This document shows positions 25,020-34,456 of a stretch of DNA of 64,000 nt, piece by piece; the stretch's first letter is position 1, and every line of letters begins with the position of its first letter. The position numbers were made by a program, and so were the translations under genes. Source of the stretch: a virus; IMG/VR virus record IMGVR_UViG_3300042806_000299, positions 4,469-68,468 of that record; one strand, written 5' to 3'. The notes under the pieces are model-generated. The model saw only the letters and a list, made by a program, of their open reading frames with translations. It did not search any database and was not told the DNA's origin.

Positions 25020-25424
25020 ATGAATAACCAAGATACAAAGAAAAAGCGTAAAGCATTGCCACGAATGAAAGGGCAAGTAGGAGAATCCCGTGTAAAAGTT
25101 ATTGAAAAAAATTACGAGTGGGGTCTTTATGTATACAAAAAGGCTAATGGAAAATGGTTTACAGATGGTAATGGCTCTGTTCTTAACATTGAATCAATGA
25201 AGGGTGACATTATGCAGATATCTAAACTTAAAGATGCTGCTAAATATTACGGGGATGAAGGAGATGGGACTTGCGTATTTGTTCCAGGACTAACAAGAAT
25301 CTCAGAAGAAGAATACTCTGAGCAAAAACAGAGGCTATCAGAAGGATTAATTCCTTCAATGAATGATCTTGGTGCAGTTCAGGCAGCCAAAGACACTATT
25401 GCAAAATATGGAAATGACGACTAA
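25020..25424 (+). CDS. hypothetical protein preceding portal
   Basis: ORF track; TAATG-coupled to portal. Confidence 0.55.
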   Translation: MNNQDTKKKRKALPRMKGQVGESRVKVIEKNYEWGLYVYKKANGKWFTDGNGSVLNIESMKGDIMQISKLKDAAKYYGDEGDGTCVFVPGLTRISEEEYSEQKQRLSEGLIPSMNDLGAVQAAKDTIAKYGNDD

Positions 25425-27034
25425 TGAGTGAAGACAAAGATTTTATTATAAGAGCAAAAACTGATAATCTTTTGCCAGAAGATGATACTTTTACAAAACA
25501 AGATCCATTTAATCAAACATGGGATATTGTTAAAGATTTACAGGGTTTAGACAATAACTTTAAAAGAAGAACTTCTAGACTAGTAAAAGCAGAAGCATCA
25601 CAAACATATCTTAATAGTTCAAGAGCAGAAAGCGTTGGAATAAACGGAGCAAGATCTAAAGAAATTAATTCAGGAACTGTTTACAGAAATGCGTATGGAT
25701 TATTTGATGTTATTACTCCACCATGGAATTTATATGAACTTGCAAGTTTTTATGATACTTCGTTTGCAAACCATGCTGCAATTGATGCAAAGGTTGAAAA
25801 CATTGTTGGTCTTGGTTATGAGTTTAAAATTTCAAAAAGAACTATGCTTAAGTTGGAAGCATCTGAACCAAAGACTTCTGAAAATGCAAGAAAAAGAATT
25901 GAAAGAGCAAAAATTGAAATAACTGATTGGCTTGAATCTTTAAATGATGAAGATTCTTTTACTACAACAATGGAAAAAGTTTTTACTGACCTTCAATCAA
26001 CAGGAAATGGTTACCTTGAAATTGGAAGAACTACTCGTGGAGAGATTGGTTATGTTGGTCATATTCCATCAACGACTATGAGAGTACGCAGACTTCGTGA
26101 TGGCTTTGTTCAAGTAATTGCAAACAAAGTTGTTTACTTTCGTAATTTTGGAGCAAATAATTCAAACCCACTTGGAACAGATCCAAGACCAAATGAGATT
26201 ATTCATTTTAAAGAATACTCTCCACTAAATACTTTTTATGGAGTGCCAGACATAATGTCTGCAATTGGGTCATTGCATGGAGATCAACTTGCATCACAAT
26301 ATAATATTGATTATTTTCAAAACAAAGCAACACCAAGATATGTTGTAACTCTTAAGGGCGCCAAGTTATCTGCAGAAGCAGAAGACAAAATGTTTAGATT
26401 TTTGCAGACAGGACTTAAAGGCCAAAACCACAGAACTCTTTATATTCCATTGCCAGGAGACTCTGACACCAACAAGGTAGAGTTTAAAATGGATCCAGTT
26501 GAAAATGGTGTGCAAGAGGCATCATTTAAAGAATATAGAAAACAAAATCGTGACGACATTCTTGTTGCACACCAGGTACCACTTTCTAAAATTGGTGGAT
26601 CTGATTCGTCTGCAATCGCTGCTGCGCTTTCTCAAGATCGTACATTCAAAGAGCAGGTTGCTAGACCAGCACAAAGAAATCTTGAAAAAATGATCAATAA
26701 GATCATAAAAGAAAAGACAGATATTCTTGAATTTAAGTTTAATGAGTTAACCCTTACTGATGAAATTGCTCAGTCACAAATTATTGAAAGACTTGTAAAG
26801 ACACAGGTTATGATGCCCAATGAGGGTAGAGAACTTCTTGGTCTGCCACAGATAGAAGGTGGTAATGAGCCTTTTGATCCAAAGCCTCAAGATACAGCAA
26901 ATGATAATGCAAATAGGGCACGAGATACTGAAAGAACTAATAACCAATCCGATGGAGTAGCCACTGTAAGTGGAAGAAATCCAAAAGGCGAAGGTAGAAA
27001 ATTTGACGACATGGTCGAATTGTCCGATTTGTAA
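25424..27034 (+). CDS. portal protein
   Basis: GNGYLEI.R, EIIHFK..SP...FYG.P, YF.N.ATP, I..AH.VP..KIG, N..RE.LGLP..EGG motifs of the HK97/PBSX portal family. Confidence 0.9.
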   Translation: MSEDKDFIIRAKTDNLLPEDDTFTKQDPFNQTWDIVKDLQGLDNNFKRRTSRLVKAEASQTYLNSSRAESVGINGARSKEINSGTVYRNAYGLFDVITPPWNLYELASFYDTSFANHAAIDAKVENIVGLGYEFKISKRTMLKLEASEPKTSENARKRIERAKIEITDWLESLNDEDSFTTTMEKVFTDLQSTGNGYLEIGRTTRGEIGYVGHIPSTTMRVRRLRDGFVQVIANKVVYFRNFGANNSNPLGTDPRPNEIIHFKEYSPLNTFYGVPDIMSAIGSLHGDQLASQYNIDYFQNKATPRYVVTLKGAKLSAEAEDKMFRFLQTGLKGQNHRTLYIPLPGDSDTNKVEFKMDPVENGVQEASFKEYRKQNRDDILVAHQVPLSKIGGSDSSAIAAALSQDRTFKEQVARPAQRNLEKMINKIIKEKTDILEFKFNELTLTDEIAQSQIIERLVKTQVMMPNEGRELLGLPQIEGGNEPFDPKPQDTANDNANRARDTERTNNQSDGVATVSGRNPKGEGRKFDDMVELSDL

Positions 27035-27063
27035 TATATTACTAAAAACGGGTATATAATATA

Positions 27064-28350
27064 ATGGTGATTAATATATCCAAAGCCCATTGGAATTCAG
27101 ATGGGGACAATCTTCGTTTGTCAATGCCTTTTAGTAAGGTAGACAAAGAACGTAGAATCGTATCTGGATTTGCATCTTTAGATAATGTTGATAAACAAGA
27201 TGACATTGTAACAGCAGAAGCATCAATGGAAGCGTTTGCAAAATTTCGTGGCAACATTAGAGAAATGCATCAGCCATTAGCAGTAGGCAAGATGGTAAAC
27301 TTTAAAGCAGAAAAATATTTTGATCCAGAATCAAAAAAATTTTATAATGGAGTGTTTGTATCTGCATATGTTTCAAAAGGTGCCCAAGATACTTGGGAAA
27401 AAGTTCTAGATGGAACCCTTGCTGGTTTTTCTATTGGTGGAAAAATGAACAAGTGGGACGATGGTTATGATGAAAAGTTAGACAAACAAATTAGAATTAT
27501 TAAGCAATATGATTTAGTTGAGTTGAGTCTTGTAGATTCCCCAGCAAATCAGTTTGCAAACATTGTATCTGTTGAAAAGGTTGATGGAGTAAATATTATT
27601 AAAGGTGATGAAACAATTTTAGAAAATGTTTTTTATGATAAGGAATCAGGTATTGTAATGGTTTCAGAAAATGAATCAGAGGTAAGTCCGACCACTGGTG
27701 AACAAATGGCAAATATAGGTTTCGTTGAAAAAACAGATAACGAAAAAGTAACAATGATAAAATTCTTAGTTGATAGTGCTAAAGGCATTAATACTTCTAA
27801 GATTAACAAGGAGGAAAAACCTATGACAAAAAACACAGAAGCAGTTGCAGAAGTTATCGAAACAGAAGCAGCAGTAGAAGTAACAAAGTCAGAGGTCGCT
27901 CCAGAGGTTGATGCCATTGTTGAAACACCTACAGAAGAAGTTGCAAAGTCTGAAGAGACTCCTGCAGTTGATGTAGTTGAAGAAACAATAGAGGTATCTA
28001 AATCAGATGAAACAACTGTTAATTCAGTTGAAGAAATCAAGAATACCCTAGAATCAGCCTTTAGCGATCTAGTTTCAAAGGTCAACTCTTTGCAGGCAGA
28101 AGTAGAAATGCTTAAGTCTTCAAAGGTAGATGTTGAAACAGCAAAACAATCATTTGAGGCAGTTGCAAAAGATATTGCAGCAGCAACAAATACATTTAAC
28201 GAATTTGGTAAGCGTGTGGAACTTGTAGAGCAAGACACTGCTTTCCGAAAGTCTGGCGATCTCGGCGAGATAGTACAGAATCAGCCTGAAACGGTTGAAA
28301 AATCCCTATGGGGCGGTAGTTTCCTCAAAACAGCCGATCTATTCATTTAG
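27064..28350 (+). CDS. prohead protease fused to an acidic scaffolding domain (possible GTG start at 27067)
   Basis: V.GFAS...VD.Q.D, REMHQ, G.L.GFSIGG, LVELSLVD.PAN; E/V/A/T-rich coiled C-terminal half. Confidence 0.85.
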   Translation: MVINISKAHWNSDGDNLRLSMPFSKVDKERRIVSGFASLDNVDKQDDIVTAEASMEAFAKFRGNIREMHQPLAVGKMVNFKAEKYFDPESKKFYNGVFVSAYVSKGAQDTWEKVLDGTLAGFSIGGKMNKWDDGYDEKLDKQIRIIKQYDLVELSLVDSPANQFANIVSVEKVDGVNIIKGDETILENVFYDKESGIVMVSENESEVSPTTGEQMANIGFVEKTDNEKVTMIKFLVDSAKGINTSKINKEEKPMTKNTEAVAEVIETEAAVEVTKSEVAPEVDAIVETPTEEVAKSEETPAVDVVEETIEVSKSDETTVNSVEEIKNTLESAFSDLVSKVNSLQAEVEMLKSSKVDVETAKQSFEAVAKDIAAATNTFNEFGKRVELVEQDTAFRKSGDLGEIVQNQPETVEKSLWGGSFLKTADLFI

Positions 28351-28373
28351 AAAAAATCACAGGAGGTGACAAT

Positions 28374-29522
28374 ATGTCGGAACAAATTATAGAAAAGAAC
28401 CAGCCAGGTACTTCAGGTAACCTAGGCGGAACCACACCAGGTTTGTATCAAGGACAAGGAGCATTTGCTTCAGGTTCAGATGCAGGTTCAAACGTACCAG
28501 GTAATTATACTGATGGTGGTGTATTGGGTAATATCCCAACAGCACTAGCAGGATCAAACGCTGGAGCAAACGCAGTAAATCCTTCAGGTGAGGCTGGATC
28601 AGGTATCCTACGTCCAGAGCAAGCACGTCGTTTTATTGACTACGTGTGGGATGCTACCATTCTCGCCCAAGATGGCCGTCGTGTTACTATGAGAGCCAAT
28701 ACAATGGAACTCGAAAAGGTAAACGTTGGAGAGCGTGTAATTCGTGCAGCAGCGCAAGCAGTTGGCGACTACACAAACGCAGGTGCATCATTCTCAAAGG
28801 TTGAATTGACTACAAAGAAAATTCGTCTTGACTGGGAAGTATCTGCAGAAGCACTAGAAGATAACATCGAAGGTGCACAATTAGAAGATCACATCGTTCG
28901 CTTGATGACAAACGCTTTCGGTAATGATATCGAAGACCTTGCAATCAACGGAACAGGTACAGGATCAGACGCATTCCTTTCAATTATGGAAGGTTTCGTA
29001 AACCGTGTTAAGACTGATGGATTTGCAAATGAAGCAGTTGTAACAGTTGCAGATAACACATGGTCAACAGACGCAATGCAGAAGATCATTCTTGCAATGC
29101 CACGTAAGTACCGTGCACTTAAGTCAAACCTTAAGTTCTACGCAGGTACAGATGCATTCCAAGGAATCATCAAGAACAACGGTACACTTGCAGACGCAGT
29201 AGCAGAAGCATTTGCTAACCGTCCAGCAGGTACTGCTGCAAACCGTCAAGCATACCTTGATGGCGCTGGACAGACATTCGGTGGAGCACGTACAACACGT
29301 GTTCTAGGAATTGACGTTCAGGAAGTTCCATACTACCCTGCAGGATATGTCGACTTGACATTCCCTCAGAACCGTGTATGGGGATTCCAAAGAGATATCA
29401 CTGTTAACCGTGAATACAAGCCAAAGAAAGACACTGTAGAATATACAGTCTTCGTTCGCTTCGGTATTCAATGGGAAGAACAAGATGCTGTCTCATGGGC
29501 AGACGCTGCAGAAGATGCATAA
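28374..29522 (+). CDS. major capsid protein (HK97 fold)
   Basis: Position after protease; G.L.PEQ...F; E.LEDNIEG..LE..I......F.ND.E.LAINGTG; strong AGGAGGT SD; followed by a terminator. Confidence 0.9.
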   Translation: MSEQIIEKNQPGTSGNLGGTTPGLYQGQGAFASGSDAGSNVPGNYTDGGVLGNIPTALAGSNAGANAVNPSGEAGSGILRPEQARRFIDYVWDATILAQDGRRVTMRANTMELEKVNVGERVIRAAAQAVGDYTNAGASFSKVELTTKKIRLDWEVSAEALEDNIEGAQLEDHIVRLMTNAFGNDIEDLAINGTGTGSDAFLSIMEGFVNRVKTDGFANEAVVTVADNTWSTDAMQKIILAMPRKYRALKSNLKFYAGTDAFQGIIKNNGTLADAVAEAFANRPAGTAANRQAYLDGAGQTFGGARTTRVLGIDVQEVPYYPAGYVDLTFPQNRVWGFQRDITVNREYKPKKDTVEYTVFVRFGIQWEEQDAVSWADAAEDA

Positions 29523-29543
29523 TCTGTAAACAGTAAAAATTAG

Positions 29544-29576
29544 GGGGAGTAGGAGTTAACGCTCTTACTCCCCTTT
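29544..29576 (+). terminator. intrinsic terminator after MCP
   Basis: ggggagtaggag-ttaacg-ctcttactcccc-ttt. Confidence 0.85.
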
Positions 29577-29587
29577 ATTACTTATAA

Positions 29588-29596
29588 TGATATAAT
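29588..29596 (+). promoter_or_regulatory. extended -10 (TGaTATAAT), leadered with AAGGAGG SD
   Basis: Seen directly. Confidence 0.6.
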
Positions 29597-29613
29597 ACTA
29601 ACAAGGAGGAATT

Positions 29614-30045
29614 ATGGAAAACATTAATGAAAATCCAATTGTAGAAGAAACAATATATGAAGCACCAGTTTTTGAAACACCAGTTGTTGAAGAGCCAGTT
29701 GCAGAACCTATTGTAGAAACTCCAATTGCAGAAGAAGTTCAAGCAGTAGTTGAGGCACCTGCATATGAGGCACCTGAAGAAGTTCAGGCACTTGGCGCAG
29801 TAGAAGAGGGAGTTATTGGAGCAACAACAGCACCAAAGGCATCCCCAAAAAAGAAGAGTGCAAAGGCTACTGAAGTTAAAGAAAAAGTAGCAATTTACTC
29901 AACAAAAAATGTTACATGGTCAGAAGTAGGCAAGGTTTACCGTGGCTATAATATAGTTGAAAAAAATGCAGCAGAAAAATGGCTTACTCGTTCACACATT
30001 CGCATAGCAACCCCAGAAGAGGTCGCTAAGGAATTCGGGAAGTAA
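29614..30045 (+). CDS. hypothetical protein with an acidic E/P/V-rich disordered N-terminal half
   Basis: ORF track. Confidence 0.55.
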   Translation: MENINENPIVEETIYEAPVFETPVVEEPVAEPIVETPIAEEVQAVVEAPAYEAPEEVQALGAVEEGVIGATTAPKASPKKKSAKATEVKEKVAIYSTKNVTWSEVGKVYRGYNIVEKNAAEKWLTRSHIRIATPEEVAKEFGK

Positions 30046-30048
30046 TTC

Positions 30049-30966
30049 ATGGAAATATTGAGAGTTCCGCCATATGAAACAATTGCAGTAAACTTTGTTG
30101 TACCATCAGGGTATAACGATGTAGACATCTATGCAAGAGTTACAGATATGGCGGATCTTTCAGTACAAGATATAGAGTTTTTAGATTCATCTACAGGAGA
30201 TAATTTAGAAATTTCTCTTCCTGGAAAATATGACAATAATTATAGAGTAGAACTTTTTAAAATTGTTAGCAATACAGAAGTTTTAATCTACGAAGAGTTT
30301 TATGAACTAATTAGGCCATACGTAGATCCAAATACATTAGGAACAACTGCATCTGAAATTGCTGAATACACAAAATTAGAATTAGTTGCAAGATCAATAA
30401 TTGACACATTTGTACCAGAAGGATTTTATAATAAAAAAGTAACAGTAGTTGGAACTGGAAATGGTTCAGATTACTTCCCACTATGGGAAAAAGTTTACAG
30501 AGTGTTTAAAGTATATGAGAATAACGAACTAGTTTATGACAGATCGACTCCAGATACAAATAAATATGAGTATGTAATTACAGCAGATAAAACTGCAATT
30601 CAAAAAATTTATGCTGGACAAATGAACAGATACGAATCAACTGCCCCAAACCTTCCAATAGGAAGAGGAGATCTTGGATACTATGGATATGAGGGTGTTG
30701 GCTTTCCTCAAGGATACGACTACACATTTGTTGTTGACTATGGGTATATTACAGTTCCAGCAGACATTGAGTATGCACAAAAACTTTTAATAGAAGACTT
30801 AAAGTGTGGAAAGTTAGATTACTACAAAAGATATGTAACGGCCTACAACACTGATCAATTTAAAATTCAGTTTGACAAAACAATGTTTGACGGTACTGGC
30901 AATTTCTTGGTAGATAAAATACTAGAAAAATATGTTAAGACCATTGTAAAGCCAGGGATAATTTAA
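30049..30966 (+). CDS. head-tail adaptor/connector
   Basis: Synteny; 'ARSIID.F' and 'DYGY..VPADI..A...L' connector-like motifs. Confidence 0.65.
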   Translation: MEILRVPPYETIAVNFVVPSGYNDVDIYARVTDMADLSVQDIEFLDSSTGDNLEISLPGKYDNNYRVELFKIVSNTEVLIYEEFYELIRPYVDPNTLGTTASEIAEYTKLELVARSIIDTFVPEGFYNKKVTVVGTGNGSDYFPLWEKVYRVFKVYENNELVYDRSTPDTNKYEYVITADKTAIQKIYAGQMNRYESTAPNLPIGRGDLGYYGYEGVGFPQGYDYTFVVDYGYITVPADIEYAQKLLIEDLKCGKLDYYKRYVTAYNTDQFKIQFDKTMFDGTGNFLVDKILEKYVKTIVKPGII

Positions 30967-31412
30967 TGATATGCGAAGAGCCAGATTTTATATTTCCAAT
31001 GCAAGCGGACATTTATTATCCAAATGTTGAGCAAGGCACATATGGAAATGTTAAAAAAACATGGATTTTAGATAAAACTATTGCTGCTAATTTTAATGCT
31101 GCAGGAACAGCAGGGAATGAAGAAGTAAAGCCAAATGTAAATATTACACAAAAAACAACTCTTATTGGTAGAGTAAAAACAGACATAAGAATTTCAAGTT
31201 TAGATGCTCCTCATTCAATAACTAACATTATTTTAACAAACGTTCGTGATAAAAATTGTAATTATATTTATACAGAAACAGCAGGACCACGAGCAGGAAA
31301 ATCTACAATCTTTGAAATTGCAACACAAGAACCATTTGTAGGACCCTTCGGTGGCATTGAGTATTACAATTTAGTAGTACGTAGATCTGAAAATCAGGCG
31401 GTAGATGTATGA
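30966..31412 (+). CDS. head closure (stopper) protein
   Basis: Synteny and size. Confidence 0.5.
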   Translation: MICEEPDFIFPMQADIYYPNVEQGTYGNVKKTWILDKTIAANFNAAGTAGNEEVKPNVNITQKTTLIGRVKTDIRISSLDAPHSITNIILTNVRDKNCNYIYTETAGPRAGKSTIFEIATQEPFVGPFGGIEYYNLVVRRSENQAVDV

Positions 31413-32080
31413 GAGTAAAATTTGACGACAAGGCATTTATTAAAGACATGGACAATATTATTAAATATTCTTATGGATTTCTTGAAGGAGTTCAAACAGG
31501 TAAGCGCAAACTTTATGAAAGACTTGGACCAGAAATTGTAGAACTTGCTTCACAGTATGTTGATGTAAATGCAAGAGTAACACCAGAACTGCTTCACCAT
31601 ATATATGAATGGGGTAAGTCAGGAAGTCCAAAAGCAAGATTGTTTGACATAGATTACAAAATAAACAATCTTGGAATAACATTTAGTACAGCATTAAAAC
31701 AGTCATCTTCTATTAAAGATGGATCTAATGTGCCATTTTATGATAAAGCAACAATAATGGAAAAGGGTGTTTCTGTAACTATTCTTCCTAAAAAGGCTAA
31801 TGCACTTAGGTTTGAAATAAATGGTGAAGAGTTTTATTCTAAAGATGGTGTCGTAGTTGATAGTCCTGGAGGACAGACTAAGGGCCAGTTTGAAAAAGTT
31901 ATAGATGAGTTTTTTGGAATATATTTTAAGCAATCATTTTTAAGATCAAGTGGATTACAAGATCACTTTAAAAAACCACAAGTGTTTAAGAAAAATATTA
32001 AAGCGGGTAAAAGAGGTGGAAGAAGTCTTGGCAGAAAAATCGGTCATGACTGGGTAGCAAATGCAGGGGCTGTATCATAA
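31409..32080 (+). CDS. neck/tail completion protein
   Basis: Synteny; 'MEKG..V.I.PK...ALRF' motif. Confidence 0.5.
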   Translation: MRVKFDDKAFIKDMDNIIKYSYGFLEGVQTGKRKLYERLGPEIVELASQYVDVNARVTPELLHHIYEWGKSGSPKARLFDIDYKINNLGITFSTALKQSSSIKDGSNVPFYDKATIMEKGVSVTILPKKANALRFEINGEEFYSKDGVVVDSPGGQTKGQFEKVIDEFFGIYFKQSFLRSSGLQDHFKKPQVFKKNIKAGKRGGRSLGRKIGHDWVANAGAVS

Positions 32081-32622
32081 TGGCAGAATCAACATCAACA
32101 TTTAATACTCCAGTTTTATGGATTAATAAATATCTTCAGGAAAAAATTATTGAATTAGCAGAAGTTCCAATGCCATTTTTTCCTTCTAGGCCAACATCTA
32201 TAGACGAGTTAACCGAACAATGGATTGTAGTAAATGATGAAAGATATTCGTATGCTGGTGTTATGGCAACATGGGATAGACTTGTTCGTATGCGTAGGTC
32301 ATCTTTTCCACACATAAAGCAAGAGCAACTTCTTTATTATTTTTACGCAACAGCAGAAGGTGTCACAGAGCAAATGATTCGTGTTCAAGAAGCAGTATTG
32401 CGCTTGATGGATCGTGAAGATGAAACGGCAGAAGAGATTAATAAGTGGGCAAAGTCCAAAGGTCAAATAGACGGAATGGACTGCAAGTTCTTCTTCCACA
32501 GATTTAGAGTATATCAACTTGAAGAAGTAAGAGATATTATTGACTTTGGCACAGCCCGTACCTATGGCGGTAACAAGATAATCATTGATTTTGAGTATCA
32601 CCAAGACACAAGTATTGTATAA
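32080..32622 (+). CDS. tail terminator-like protein
   Basis: Immediately upstream of the tube gene. Confidence 0.5.
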   Translation: MAESTSTFNTPVLWINKYLQEKIIELAEVPMPFFPSRPTSIDELTEQWIVVNDERYSYAGVMATWDRLVRMRRSSFPHIKQEQLLYYFYATAEGVTEQMIRVQEAVLRLMDREDETAEEINKWAKSKGQIDGMDCKFFFHRFRVYQLEEVRDIIDFGTARTYGGNKIIIDFEYHQDTSIV

Positions 32623-32689
32623 AAGGGTTGTATAATTACAGATGAGGAAACAAGCCCTTTAATCTATAAAGAAAAAAGAGGTGAAATAT

Positions 32690-33307
32690 ATGGCATATAC
32701 ACGTGGTAGTTCAAACGATATTATCGTTGGAGCAGCAGCACTCTTCACATATGAAGAAGGCGCACTTGCAGACGCAGACATGCCAGCATACGTAACAGGC
32801 GACTCATACAAGGATACCCTTGCAGATGACGCAGACTTCCGTAATGTTGGATATACAATGAATGGTTTGGAAATTCAATTCCAACCAGATTTCGGCGAGG
32901 TAGCAGTAGACCAGGTACTTGACGTTGCTAAGTTATTTAAGCAAGGCATGCAGGTAAACCTAAATACTACATTCGCAGAATCAACACTAGAAAATCTTCT
33001 ATTTTCCTTAGCAGGAAAAGGAACTGATCTAGAAATAGTTTCAACAAACCCAACCCTTAGACTTTCAGCAGGTGACATCGGAGATGTCCCAGTTGAGCGT
33101 GGTTTAGTAGCAGTTGGTCCAGGAACTGGAGACGCTTCCATTACTGCTGAGCGTATCTATGTTGCATACCGTGCACTTTCAATTGAAAATGTTACAGTAG
33201 CAGCAAAGCGTGACGAAGCAACAATGTTCGAAGTATCATTCCGCCTTCTTCCAAATGATAACGCATCATACGGAAAGATCGTAGATCGTACTTACGTACC
33301 AGCGTAA
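32690..33307 (+). CDS. major tail (tube) protein; start revised to ATG 32690
   Basis: AGAGGTG SD; 'VGYT..GLEI.FQPDF.E..VDQ' tube-like motif; followed by a terminator. Confidence 0.8.
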   Translation: MAYTRGSSNDIIVGAAALFTYEEGALADADMPAYVTGDSYKDTLADDADFRNVGYTMNGLEIQFQPDFGEVAVDQVLDVAKLFKQGMQVNLNTTFAESTLENLLFSLAGKGTDLEIVSTNPTLRLSAGDIGDVPVERGLVAVGPGTGDASITAERIYVAYRALSIENVTVAAKRDEATMFEVSFRLLPNDNASYGKIVDRTYVPA

Positions 33308-33325
33308 TACAACTTAATATATGAG

Positions 33326-33355
33326 AGGCTCAATCCTTCGGGGTTGGGCCTTTCT
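33326..33355 (+). terminator. intrinsic terminator with TTCG tetraloop
   Basis: aggctcaatcc-ttcg-gggttgggcct-ttct. Confidence 0.85.
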
Positions 33356-33358
33356 GTT

Positions 33359-33367
33359 TGGTATACT
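33359..33367 (+). promoter_or_regulatory. extended -10 (TGgTATACT), leaderless start at 33374
   Basis: 6-nt spacer. Confidence 0.65.
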
Positions 33368-33373
33368 ATATAA

Positions 33374-34057
33374 ATGGCTACAGAAGTATATCAGAGTGAT
33401 TATTTAACTCTTATAGATGGTACAGAGTTATTTATTACACCATTAAAAATAAAATATCTAAGACAGTTTATGGTTGCTTTTGAGTATGTGAAATTAGCAA
33501 AAAATGATGATGAAGCAATTGATGCTTTAGTTGAGTGTGCCCGAATATGCATGAAACAATATTATCCAAAAATTTCATTATCAAAAGAATTAGTTGAAGA
33601 CAATTTTACATTAAAAGATATTTATCACCTTTTAGATATTGCAGCAGGAATTAAGGTAAATGAAAAATCTAAAGAGCCAGTAAAAAAACAAGCAACGGAT
33701 AGTGGATCAACTTGGGAAACACTAGACTTAGCAAAACTTGAGTCAGAAGCGTTTTTGCTTGGTATTTGGAAAGACTATGAAGAATTAGAAGAATCTATGT
33801 CTATGCCAGAAATAACGTCAACTCTATCTGTTAAAAGAGAGTTAGATTATGCAGAAAAAAAATTCCTTGCAGCAATGCAAGGTGTAGATCTAGATAAACA
33901 ATCTGGAAAACAAGATGAGTGGGAGGCCATGAAAGCAAGGGTATATAGCAAAGGAGCAACTCAAAACCCTAATGATATACTTGCATTACAAGGACAAAAC
34001 GCTGCAAATAAAGGTTTTGGAATTGGTATGGGTCTAACCTATGAAAAAATTGACTAG
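33374..34057 (+). CDS. tail assembly chaperone, in-frame G-T-like fusion
   Basis: Between tube and TMP; N-terminal half paralogous to 34108..34431. Confidence 0.7.
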   Translation: MATEVYQSDYLTLIDGTELFITPLKIKYLRQFMVAFEYVKLAKNDDEAIDALVECARICMKQYYPKISLSKELVEDNFTLKDIYHLLDIAAGIKVNEKSKEPVKKQATDSGSTWETLDLAKLESEAFLLGIWKDYEELEESMSMPEITSTLSVKRELDYAEKKFLAAMQGVDLDKQSGKQDEWEAMKARVYSKGATQNPNDILALQGQNAANKGFGIGMGLTYEKID

Positions 34058-34074
34058 TTTAATAGACTAGTTTG

Positions 34075-34083
34075 TGATATAAT
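34075..34083 (+). promoter_or_regulatory. extended -10 (TGaTATAAT) for the short chaperone, preceded by gactagttt x2
   Basis: Seen directly; AGGGGGA SD before 34108. Confidence 0.55.
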
Positions 34084-34107
34084 AAACTAACTAAACCAGG
34101 GGGAATA

Positions 34108-34431
34108 ATGGCTGAAAAAGCAAATAGAAAGACAGTTACACTAGTAGACGGAACCACATTACAGGTTCAACCACTAAAGATTTCACTACTTCGTCCATTT
34201 GTAAAACGATTTAGCGATCTAGCACTTGTTGCAGATGATAACGACAAGTCAATGGACGTATTGCTTGACTGCGTACAAATCGCAATGAAACAATACAAAC
34301 CAGAACTTTCAGAAAATAAGGAATCACTAGAAGACCTTCTAGACCTTCCAACAGTATACGAGATCATTGAAGCCGCATCAGGAAGCGATGTTGCCACAAA
34401 CAATAATCTTATTGCAACAATCAGCAAGTAG
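34108..34431 (+). CDS. tail assembly chaperone, G-like stand-alone copy
   Basis: TLVDGT.L...PLKI..LR.F...AMKQY.P...ED pattern shared with the preceding ORF. Confidence 0.7.
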   Translation: MAEKANRKTVTLVDGTTLQVQPLKISLLRPFVKRFSDLALVADDNDKSMDVLLDCVQIAMKQYKPELSENKESLEDLLDLPTVYEIIEAASGSDVATNNNLIATISK

Positions 34432-34456
34432 TTTGTAGGGGGAGGTGTTATGAAAA

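Noticed and set aside
32636-32660. cagatgag...gaaac as a hammerhead ribozyme core
   Set aside because: Does not match CUGAUGA and lacks flanking stems
32080-33307. Contractile tail (myovirus) sheath gene
   Set aside because: No sheath-sized ORF between the tail terminator and the tube gene
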